Shown: in pieces, positions 1 to 7,921 of the stretch
Layout of the letters: every line of letters begins with the position of its first letter
Numbering within the stretch: position 1 is the stretch's first letter
Assembly: GCA_046543235.1 (NCBI GenBank)
Contig: JBKGZT010000033.1
Coordinates: 1 to 15,882, forward strand
Origin: Candidatus Acetothermia bacterium
Lineage (GTDB): Bacteria; Bipolaricaulota; Bipolaricaulia; M55B111
Direction: 5' to 3'
Length of the DNA stretch: 15,882 nucleotides
Program-made: the position numbers and the translations under genes
Notes under the pieces: generated by a model
Told to the model about the DNA's origin: nothing
Seen by the model: only the letters and a program-made list of their open reading frames with translations
Databases searched by the model: none

Positions 1-64
1 TTTGCGGTTATTCAGATAAACCCTCGACGAAACGGCTGAACCCTTTATCCTCACAGGGAGGAAA

Positions 65-2845
65 ATGAAAAAAGTTCCCACCGCCAAGCCTCGCTCGCTC
101 GTTTTTTCGCTGTTCTCGATCATCCTGATGGTTTCGGCTCTGGCGGTTCCCGGAGCCGGAGAAGTGGGTTACGATATCGAGGCACGCCTTGACGACGATA
201 AACACGTACTGACGGCCGACCAGCAAGTAAGTTTCACCAATCCTTTAGGGGAGACGGTCGAGGAGGTCGTCTTCAAGTTAGACGGTAACTTCCTGAAAGA
301 ACCCAACCCTTACATGAGCAAGATAAACCAGGACTCCTCCTACCCTGCCGGATTCGACCCCGGATGGACGAAGATAAAGAAGGTGACCGGTCCGGACGGG
401 GAACAGCTAAGTTACGAAACCGAATCCCGACCGCCGAACAACCAGACCTTTTCCCTCGAGAAAACGACGATGAGGGTCCAGCTAGAAGAGGAGTTACCCC
501 CGGGGGAAGAAACCACGATAAACGTGGAGTTCTCCACGAAATTTCCCCACAGGAAAACCGGTGACGAGGAAGTATACCGGGATGTATATACCTGGCGGTT
601 CGGCTGGCACCCTACCCTGGCACCCGCGGAGTGGTGGGAAGGCTACGACGAGGAAAGCTACAGCCAGATCGTCATGGAAAAGGCAGACTACCACGTCGAA
701 CTTGACGTACCGGAGGGCTTCGCTGTCGGCGGAAACGTCATCTCCCGGTCGGAGGTCGGGCAGGGAAACGGAAGGGAAATCGTGAAGCTGGATTTGCCGT
801 CAGCCCGCTCCTTTCCGCTGGCGATGAGCGAAAACTACCGGGTCTTAAAGGAGGACTTCAAGGAGTTTACGGTGGAGGTTCTGTACCGCCCGGGCTACGA
901 GGAGGGTGCCAGGCTTCTATCCTCCTACGCAAACGAAATTCTGAAATTCTACTCGGAAAGGTTCGGAGGATACCCCAGGGAACAACTCAGTTTCGCCCAG
1001 AGCCCAAGATCCGGCTATTTCGGCATGGCTGCCGACGGCCTGATCGTCCTCGGGGACTCCTTCTTCTCGGAAAAGGAACTGGCCCTTTCAACTATTACAA
1101 ATCGGCTTTCGGAATACCTGATCGCCCACGAGATCGCCCACCAGTGGTTCGGCATCGGCGTCGGAGCCGACCTCCACTCCCAAAACTGGATAAGCGAGGC
1201 CTTCGCGGAATTCCTCTCCCTTCGTTACTTTCACAGCAAGTATCCGGAGGAGGAACCCAACCTATTTCGGTTTGAACGGGACGGCTTCGTAAGAAACGCG
1301 ATAGAGTCTCAGCTCGGTTACGTCAACCTGCGACAACATACCTTCGAGCTTCCTTACATGGAAAACTATCATAACGGATTCGACGAGGCCGTCATCAAAC
1401 CCAGACAGGAAGTGAAGTACGCGAACGCAACTCAGACGAGGATTTACAAAAAAGGTTATCTGATCCTGAGAACCCTGGAGGGAATCATCGGCGAGGAGAA
1501 GATGGAGGAGTTCATAAAAAAGGTCCACCGTGAGAGGGGGAACGAAGTAGTCGACGTGGAAACCCTGGCGAACGACGTCCGTGAACTGTCGGGGGACGAG
1601 ATCCCGGAGGAATTCTTCCGGGAATGGCTCTTCTCTTCCGACTACGTCGACTACGGAATCGAGAACATTTCGGCCGAAAAAGGATCGGATGGCGAGTACG
1701 TAAACGAGATCACCCTGACGAAAGAGGGCTCTCTCACCGTTCCAGTCGATCTCCGGGCCACTCTCAGCTCCGGCGATACGGTCTCAAGACGGGTCACTCT
1801 GGAATCCGACCGAAAAAAGGTCACCCTGGTAGAACCTGAAAAAGTCAAGAAGGCGACCGTGGATCCGGACAGCGAGGTCATGGATACGAACCGACTGAAC
1901 AACCACTACCCGAGAAAGGTCGAGGTCTCCTTCGGAGAGAACCGGCTCCCCCTCGACGCTTACTTCATCATGGTCGGGGCAGGCACGGTGGCCGGAAGAA
2001 CGCCGAACGAGTACGCCTGGGCTATCGGTCCGGGAAGCGTCCAGGGTAGGTGGAACCCAAATAGAAACCTGACCGCATCCGGAGGGTTCTCCGTGTCTGG
2101 GGAAAAGTTGACCGACCTGGACTTCGGGGGTTGGTTAGAAGGTAACTTTGATTTCTGGTCCACGCCGGCAACGGGTTACGCAGGGAGTTATCGCGTCCAG
2201 GACAGATCCCTGGACTTGAGGCTCGAACGCTTCCAGGACAACTCGGGGCGGACCTTCAACCTGCTCGGGCTCGGCGGTACGGTCAGTGAAACCGTGGCGG
2301 AAAACCGAAAATTGAGCTTCCAGTCTGCTTTTTCCCTGAGCGGGGATACCAAGTTAAGCCTCAGCGCGGAAGAAACTGAAAGGTTCCTCCCCGGCATTTA
2401 TTTAGATCTCTCAGCCAGCGTCGGTCTTAGTCCGGGAGACCTGCCCGATGTCCTCAAGTTCGACCTGCCGGAGCTGAAAAGCTACGGGAAAAGACCAGAA
2501 GGCGCTACGAGCCCCTTCAATTGGAAAAGATACAGTTATCCGGGTAATTACAAGCTCTTCTCGAAGGTCTCGCTCGGCTTTCCGCTGCAGAAGGACGAAA
2601 AATATTACCTGGGGAGCCTGGCACTGGTCACCGACGTTAGACAGGATTTCTTCCTCTCAGCCGGTGATACCTGGGACACCCTCGAAGGCGTCGGACCGGA
2701 TACCGTCAAGTACGAAGGCGGCACCGAGTTATCCGTGAAGGGAAAGACCCTGGGCGGGTTAATTCCCTTTGATTTGGCTATTGGCTATGCTTATCATGGT
2801 CAGGATAAAGGAAGGCCTTACTTCAACTTTTCACTTGGTCTTTAG
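65..2845 (+). CDS. Secreted M1-family (gluzincin) zinc metallopeptidase with C-terminal Omp85/BamA-like outer-membrane beta-barrel
   Basis: GGAGG RBS at 57-61. Sec-type signal peptide (MKK...SALA). HEIAH-x18-E zinc motif (nt 1127-1198) and downstream YKKG catalytic Tyr motif. The last ~300 aa are amphipathic beta-strands ending ...DLAIGYAY...YFNFSLGL. Confidence 0.85.
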   Translation: MKKVPTAKPRSLVFSLFSIILMVSALAVPGAGEVGYDIEARLDDDKHVLTADQQVSFTNPLGETVEEVVFKLDGNFLKEPNPYMSKINQDSSYPAGFDPGWTKIKKVTGPDGEQLSYETESRPPNNQTFSLEKTTMRVQLEEELPPGEETTINVEFSTKFPHRKTGDEEVYRDVYTWRFGWHPTLAPAEWWEGYDEESYSQIVMEKADYHVELDVPEGFAVGGNVISRSEVGQGNGREIVKLDLPSARSFPLAMSENYRVLKEDFKEFTVEVLYRPGYEEGARLLSSYANEILKFYSERFGGYPREQLSFAQSPRSGYFGMAADGLIVLGDSFFSEKELALSTITNRLSEYLIAHEIAHQWFGIGVGADLHSQNWISEAFAEFLSLRYFHSKYPEEEPNLFRFERDGFVRNAIESQLGYVNLRQHTFELPYMENYHNGFDEAVIKPRQEVKYANATQTRIYKKGYLILRTLEGIIGEEKMEEFIKKVHRERGNEVVDVETLANDVRELSGDEIPEEFFREWLFSSDYVDYGIENISAEKGSDGEYVNEITLTKEGSLTVPVDLRATLSSGDTVSRRVTLESDRKKVTLVEPEKVKKATVDPDSEVMDTNRLNNHYPRKVEVSFGENRLPLDAYFIMVGAGTVAGRTPNEYAWAIGPGSVQGRWNPNRNLTASGGFSVSGEKLTDLDFGGWLEGNFDFWSTPATGYAGSYRVQDRSLDLRLERFQDNSGRTFNLLGLGGTVSETVAENRKLSFQSAFSLSGDTKLSLSAEETERFLPGIYLDLSASVGLSPGDLPDVLKFDLPELKSYGKRPEGATSPFNWKRYSYPGNYKLFSKVSLGFPLQKDEKYYLGSLALVTDVRQDFFLSAGDTWDTLEGVGPDTVKYEGGTELSVKGKTLGGLIPFDLAIGYAYHGQDKGRPYFNFSLGL

Positions 2846-2853
2846 GAGGAGAA

Positions 2854-5211
2854 ATGGAAGTATCTTATCGCTGGCTTGCTGACTTTCTCGATCTAGAATT
2901 TTCCGAAGAAGCAGTGAACCGCCACGCGGACCGTCTGACCATGGCGGGCGCGGAGGTCGAAAAAATAGAGCGGATAGGCTCCCCCTCGGAGTTGACCGCG
3001 GGGAAAGTCGTTGAGCTGACCGAACATCCTGAGGCGGAGAACCTACATCTGGCGACAGTTCAGGACGACAACTCGACCGTACCTACCATCACCGCCGCGG
3101 ACAACCTGGAGGTCGGAGCGATCGTCCCGATGATCAAAGCACCGGGGAAGCTTCCGGACGGAACGAAAATAGAAACGCGGAGTTTTCGCGGAGAAGAATC
3201 CCGCTGTATGCTCTGTTCGAAGGAAGAACTGGGTCTGGAAGAAAAGTCCGAGGGCATATGGTTGCTGGACGGTTTCGACTTCTCCGTCGGTGACGACCTG
3301 ACGGAATATCTGGAGTTCGACGACTACGTACTCGGTTTCGAGATCACCTCCAATCGACCCGACCTGCTCAGCGTCCTCGGCATAGCCAGAGAACTTTCCG
3401 TGCTAACGGAAACTCCACTGAAACAACCGGACCCTTCGTTCGAACCGGATACCCCTTCGCCCGTCAAGATAGAGATAGAGGACCCGGAGGACACCCCGCG
3501 CTACACGGCTCGTTCCCTTACCGGCGTGGACGTCGGACCCTCGCCGTTAAAAATCCAGCATAGACTGGCCAAGGTCGGATTGCGCCCGAAGAACAACGTG
3601 GTCGATGCTACCAACTACGCCATGATGGAGCTCGGGCATCCCCTCCATCCGTTTGACCTGGACCGAATCAAGGGAGAGACGATCAAGATAAGGCGGGCGA
3701 GGGAGGAAGAAACCCTGAAAACCCTGGACGGAAAAGAAAGGAAGCTCGACGAAGAAAACCTCGTAATAGCTGACGAGACCGTTCCGGTCGCTTTGGCGGG
3801 TATCATGGGAGGGGAATCGAGCGAAGTCAAGGAAAATAGCACGAAGGTACTGCTGGAGGGAGCCTGTTTCAACCGGGCCAGGATAAGAAAATCAGCCCAG
3901 AAGGTGGGAATGAGAACCGACGCCTCAAACAGGTTCGAAAAGGGAGCCGACCCGACTGCCACCGTGAGAGCGATAGACAGGGTGACGGAATTATTGGCCG
4001 AACAGAACGCTTTCGGAAAGGGTTCTGCACTCGCGGACAGCTACCCCTCACCCCCGGAAACCCGGGAAATAAAGTTAAGGGAAAAAAGGGCGAACTCGAT
4101 AGTCGGGGTGGAGATCGGGACAGAAGAAATCCACCGTATCCTTACGGGCCTGGGCTGCAGCGTGGTTCGAAGTGAGAAAGAGGATTTTCAGGTCGAACCA
4201 CCCTCCTACCGGGTCGATCTGACGAGGGAGACCGACCTGATCGAGGAACTTGCCCGGATCCACGGTTACGACAGGATACCCGAGACGCCGCCGAGCTCGG
4301 GAACCATCGACCTCTTTCGGACCAGAGAGGAACGGGCGACGGAAAAGGCCAAAAGAACCCTCACCGGGTTGGGTCTCAACGAAGCAATTAGTCCGGGATT
4401 TGCCCCGGAAAGACAGCTGGACGAAGGACTCACGGGCGTTCGGCTGAAAAACCCGATGGGCGATAAGAGAAGCGAACTCAGGCCGGACCTGGGATCGAGC
4501 CTGATAAAACACGCCGAGTACAACTTCAAGGAGGAGTCGGATTCAATAGCGCTCTTTGAAATAGGAAAGGTCTTTCGCGCGACCGGCGGCGGACCTGAAG
4601 AATCGGGCCACCTAGGAATACTGCTCGCTGGCAGACGGTACGAGGGGATCGACGGAAAGAGCCACTTCGACTTCCGGGATTTAAAGGGAGTCTTCGAGGA
4701 CTTCTTCGAAACCATGTCGGTCACCGCAAGCTTCAGCGCCGGAGGACCGGACTTCCTCCACCCCGGCAGGAAGGCGGTAATCGAGGTTAGCGGTGAATCA
4801 GTGGGTTACGCCGGCGAGCTCGCACCGGATACCGTCGGCGACATGGAATTACCGGAAAGGACATATCTCGCCGACGTCGAATTCGGACCGATAATCGAGG
4901 AAACGAGCTTTGAAGGCGAATACGAAAGTCTCCCCCGGTACCCCGCGTCAAAGCGGGACCTCTCGCTGACGGTACCTGAAGATGTAACCGAAGGAGAGAT
5001 CCGTAAGATTATAACCGGCAAGCCGAGGGTTGAGGAGACCTATCTCTACGACCTTTACCAGGGGGATCAGATCGAGGCGGGCAAACGAAGCCTGACCTAC
5101 GAGATAACTTTCAGGGACGAGGACAAAACCCTCAGCGACGACGAAGTCGATGAAATGGTTTCCGAAATCAGGGAAGACCTGGAGAGCAGAGGAATAACGC
5201 TCAGGGAGTAA
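2854..5211 (+). CDS. pheT: Phenylalanine--tRNA ligase beta subunit
   Basis: 785 aa. Characteristic motifs: tRNA-binding OB region (HPEAENL...MLCSKEELGL), ITSNRPDLLSVLGIARE, NNVVDATNYAMMELGHPLHPFD, DLIEELARIHGYD and C-terminal FDX-ACB (RDLSL...KRSLTYEITFR). AGGAG RBS. Confidence 0.98.
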   Translation: MEVSYRWLADFLDLEFSEEAVNRHADRLTMAGAEVEKIERIGSPSELTAGKVVELTEHPEAENLHLATVQDDNSTVPTITAADNLEVGAIVPMIKAPGKLPDGTKIETRSFRGEESRCMLCSKEELGLEEKSEGIWLLDGFDFSVGDDLTEYLEFDDYVLGFEITSNRPDLLSVLGIARELSVLTETPLKQPDPSFEPDTPSPVKIEIEDPEDTPRYTARSLTGVDVGPSPLKIQHRLAKVGLRPKNNVVDATNYAMMELGHPLHPFDLDRIKGETIKIRRAREEETLKTLDGKERKLDEENLVIADETVPVALAGIMGGESSEVKENSTKVLLEGACFNRARIRKSAQKVGMRTDASNRFEKGADPTATVRAIDRVTELLAEQNAFGKGSALADSYPSPPETREIKLREKRANSIVGVEIGTEEIHRILTGLGCSVVRSEKEDFQVEPPSYRVDLTRETDLIEELARIHGYDRIPETPPSSGTIDLFRTREERATEKAKRTLTGLGLNEAISPGFAPERQLDEGLTGVRLKNPMGDKRSELRPDLGSSLIKHAEYNFKEESDSIALFEIGKVFRATGGGPEESGHLGILLAGRRYEGIDGKSHFDFRDLKGVFEDFFETMSVTASFSAGGPDFLHPGRKAVIEVSGESVGYAGELAPDTVGDMELPERTYLADVEFGPIIEETSFEGEYESLPRYPASKRDLSLTVPEDVTEGEIRKIITGKPRVEETYLYDLYQGDQIEAGKRSLTYEITFRDEDKTLSDDEVDEMVSEIREDLESRGITLRE

Positions 5212-5214
5212 TTC

Positions 5215-5643
5215 TTGCAAACCTTTAAATCCGGGAGTCCGGAAGATACGGAAAGAATCGGGGAGAAGCTGGTCAAGGACCTCGGAACCAACCTGCTGAT
5301 CTGTCTCTACGGGCCCCTGGCCGCCGGGAAAACCACGCTCGTCAAGGGACTCGCCGGGGCGCTGGGAATCGAAGAAACCATAGTCTCCCCCTCTTATGTG
5401 CTGTTGCGGGAATACGAGGGAGGCTCCAAGCTGCTCCACCTCGATCTCTTCAGAATCCAGTCCAGTCAGGAGTTCCTGGAGGCCGGACTGGAGGAGTACC
5501 TGCTCCTGGAAGAAGGCGTGGTCGCAATCGAATGGGCCGACAGGATAGAAGAAGTTCTTCCCGAGGAACGGTTGGACGTGGAGCTCGAACTGACGGGGGA
5601 AGAACAAAGAAAGGTCAAACTCACTTCTTACCTTGAAATTTGA
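5215..5643 (+). CDS. tsaE: tRNA threonylcarbamoyladenosine biosynthesis ATPase TsaE
   Basis: Walker A GPLAAGKTT, SPSY, HLDLFR and IEWAD motifs. TTG start 3 nt after the pheT stop, with GGGAG RBS inside the pheT 3' end. Confidence 0.96.
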   Translation: MQTFKSGSPEDTERIGEKLVKDLGTNLLICLYGPLAAGKTTLVKGLAGALGIEETIVSPSYVLLREYEGGSKLLHLDLFRIQSSQEFLEAGLEEYLLLEEGVVAIEWADRIEEVLPEERLDVELELTGEEQRKVKLTSYLEI

Positions 5644-5676
5644 GATGAACGGTTTGAGTCAAAACAACTCGAGAAC

Positions 5677-5705
5677 TTGATTGAAAACCGGCACTCAAAT
5701 ATAAT
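5677..5705 (+). promoter_or_regulatory. Sigma70-type promoter for tRNA-Leu
   Basis: TTGATT (5677-5682), 17-nt spacer, perfect TATAAT (5700-5705), 13 nt upstream of the tRNA 5' end. Confidence 0.75.
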
Positions 5706-5718
5706 TGTCTGTCTATCT

Positions 5719-5809
5719 GCCGAGGTGGCGGAATTGGCAGACGCGCATGGTTCAGGTCCATGTGGACATTTTTCAGTCCGTGCGGGTTCAAGTCCCGCCC
5801 TCGGCACCA
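5719..5809 (+). tRNA. tRNA-Leu (anticodon CAG)
   Basis: Acceptor stem GCCGAGG/CCTCGGC, D-arm GCGGAATTGGCAGACGC, anticodon arm CATGG-TTCAGGT-CCATG, long variable arm GGAC/GTCC, T-arm GCGGG-TTCAAGT-CCCGC, discriminator A and encoded CCA. Confidence 0.97.
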
Positions 5810-5913
5810 GCTTCCCTTATTCGTTTTGAACCTCCCGACTTCAAGAGGTACGTTGCAACACCCTATTAATTCAAATGTACCTTTACTATAATTCATCACA
5901 GGAGGAATACGAG

Positions 5914-6606
5914 ATGACAAAGCCACTAGCGTTAGAGAAGACCGTCCTAGTAACCGGGCATCCCCGCAGCGGGACTTCGCTGGCCTGCCAGCTCGTAGAA
6001 AGCGCGGGTGTAAACTTTCCAAACGATTTCGGGGGCGACCAGTACAACCAGGCTGGTTACTACGAAATGGAGAAGAGCAAAGAGGTCTCCAAAAAGCTCC
6101 TGGAAGAGGCGATGACCGAGGAAAATACTGAGGAAATGAACGAGGTAGTAGAACGCCTCAACGAGGAAAAGGGCTGGAGCGGACTCAAGATCGTAAGGAT
6201 CCCGGCCGCCTTCTTCTACCGCCACGTAGCCAAGGAGCTCAAGATGGTCGGGATATTTCGCAAGCCGTCTAACGTCAAAGCCAGCCTCTTCAAGCGCGGT
6301 ATAAGCGAGTTCCCCATATCCTGGATGAAGAACGGGAACGCCCTGATCGCCGCCTACGAAAACATAGAGGAAAGCATTCTGGTGAGCTACGAATCGCTCC
6401 TGGAAAAAGCTCCGCACGTCGAGGAAGGGTTCGAAAAGATCGGTCTGGATATAGATGACTCCCTAATTGACTCCGACCAGCAGACACAGCAGGATAGCCG
6501 GGTCTTCGTTACTGAACACGAACGGCGCCTGTACGAGAGGCTCAAAGAACTGGAACGAGAAAGCTGCTCGAAAACCGGATCACGCTGGCACCGATTCCAG
6601 GTCTAG
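5914..6606 (+). CDS. Sulfotransferase-family (PAPS-binding P-loop) protein
   Basis: 5'-PSB-like loop VTGHPRSGTSL, N-x-x-G-Y-Y-E segment, 3'-PB-like RKPSNVKASL and VSYESLL. Start moved from 5875 to ATG 5914 because of the AGGAGG RBS at 5900-5905. TATAAT at 5887-5892. Confidence 0.75.
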   Translation: MTKPLALEKTVLVTGHPRSGTSLACQLVESAGVNFPNDFGGDQYNQAGYYEMEKSKEVSKKLLEEAMTEENTEEMNEVVERLNEEKGWSGLKIVRIPAAFFYRHVAKELKMVGIFRKPSNVKASLFKRGISEFPISWMKNGNALIAAYENIEESILVSYESLLEKAPHVEEGFEKIGLDIDDSLIDSDQQTQQDSRVFVTEHERRLYERLKELERESCSKTGSRWHRFQV

Positions 6607-6628
6607 GCAGTCCGGCACGACGGAGGGA

Positions 6629-7492
6629 CTAAGAAGACGCCCGGGAGGAGACGTGTAGCCACTTTCTCGGTATATAGAGTTCCCCCGATTCGTCCTCGAA
6701 CCCGTATTTTTCCAGGGCCGGGGCCACGGCTTCCTTTAATGCTTTTTGGGCTTCCTTCACCGGGTACCCGTGTAGTGCTCCCAGGGCGTAGTTCTTGAAT
6801 CCACTTATGTATTCCCAGGCTTCCCTGTAAAGCGGAGCCGTCAGTTCCTCGGCTTCGTGAAGGTTCAACCCCGCCTCCTGAATCAGATCCCCGTAGTGAG
6901 CCCTGGAATGAAACTTTGCCGCTTCGGCCTTTCCTTTTTTCTTTTCTCTTTTTATACCCCTTTCCCTCAGGAACTCCACCGCCTTCCTGATCTGGTACCT
7001 GTAGAAAGATTTCGTCCCCTCCGGCCGTGCACCCTCGTAAAAGGCCGTATTGAAGAAGAACCAACCGTCCTCCTCCAGAGAAGCTGCTATGCGCCTTACC
7101 GATTCCGCCTGATCCTCCTCGGAGAGGTTATGGATACCGTTGCCCCACAGGACTACGTTCACCCTTTCCCCGCCTCCTCTCAACTCCTGGATCGGGGAGT
7201 GAATCGAATCGAGGGATTGAACGACGGATTTGAGCTTCTCCCTGGCAACTTTAAGCGCTCCCTCCGACTTATCCAGGCAGATGACCTCGGGTTGCTCCCA
7301 ATCATCCGGAAGTTCGTCCAGGAATATCCGAACCATGGTACCAATACCGGTGGCGATATCCAGCAACCGACTTACTCCGTCGACGCCGGAATCCACCATC
7401 GACGCCACCCAGCTAACGATGATCTTCCTGTTGATCTCCCTGTACTCAGGGGTTTTGGCAAAAGATTCGAAATTATATTCAGCTTCTGACAT
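6629..7492 (-). CDS. Class I SAM-dependent methyltransferase, substrate unknown
   Basis: Motif I LLDIATGIG, acidic post-I CLDKS, later WGNGIHNL and LEEDGWFFF motifs. 287 aa. Confidence 0.85.
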   Translation of the reverse strand: MSEAEYNFESFAKTPEYREINRKIIVSWVASMVDSGVDGVSRLLDIATGIGTMVRIFLDELPDDWEQPEVICLDKSEGALKVAREKLKSVVQSLDSIHSPIQELRGGGERVNVVLWGNGIHNLSEEDQAESVRRIAASLEEDGWFFFNTAFYEGARPEGTKSFYRYQIRKAVEFLRERGIKREKKKGKAEAAKFHSRAHYGDLIQEAGLNLHEAEELTAPLYREAWEYISGFKNYALGALHGYPVKEAQKALKEAVAPALEKYGFEDESGELYIPRKWLHVSSRASS

Positions 7493-7543
7493 CTAACGCA
7501 CCTTCCGTAGTCCTGTGTTTAGGAAACCCTGGCCATCTTCCGG

Positions 7544-7765
7544 TTAACTTACTTCGATGGCATCAACGGGACACTCTTCCATACCTTCCTCTGCACAATC
7601 GGCCAGATCGTCGGGAACTTCACCGGTCGCCTCGTCCTCGGTTCTGTATTCCTCTACCAGCCTCGATTTTCCGTCCTCGTCCGACTCGTATACCTCGGGA
7701 CAAAGGTTGTAGCAGATTGCGTCGGCTATACACGTATCTTGATCGATCTCGACTTCTACGGACAT
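7544..7765 (-). CDS. fdx: Monocluster ferredoxin, [4Fe-4S]/[3Fe-4S], Cys-x2-Asp-x2-Cys type
   Basis: C12-x2-D15-x2-C18-x3-C22P ... C57 ... C65P. Strong AGGAGG RBS. 73 aa, very acidic. Confidence 0.93.
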   Translation of the reverse strand: MSVEVEIDQDTCIADAICYNLCPEVYESDEDGKSRLVEEYRTEDEATGEVPDDLADCAEEGMEECPVDAIEVS

Positions 7766-7794
7766 TGATCATCCCTCCTGTTTTTTGTTTAGAA

Positions 7795-7823
7795 AGTATA
7801 AATTAAGACAGGGTGTTTTTAAA
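7795..7823 (-). promoter_or_regulatory. Putative sigma70 promoter for fdx-methyltransferase
   Basis: On the - strand: TTTAAA (7823-7818), 17-nt spacer, TATACT (7800-7795), in an AT-rich patch upstream of the fdx RBS. Confidence 0.45.
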
Positions 7824-7921
7824 GAAAACCTGGAGCCTCAGGAGTAACCGGAACCCCCCGGGACCAAAGAGAAACGTCGAGGTAGGTCGTAAGGCCGGAA
7901 GGTAACCGGACCCGGGTGATC

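Noticed and set aside
4948..5607. 219-aa - strand ORF and other antisense ORFs within pheT/tsaE
   Set aside because: Shadow frames of well-supported genes with no recognisable motifs.
5790..5809. tRNA 3' end as integration site of a genomic island
   Set aside because: No duplicate of the tRNA 3' end and no integrase found by eye in the window.
5621..6022. 133-aa - strand ORF
   Set aside because: Antisense to the tRNA-Leu (WCRGRDLNPH is the classic tRNA shadow translation) and to the sulfotransferase start.
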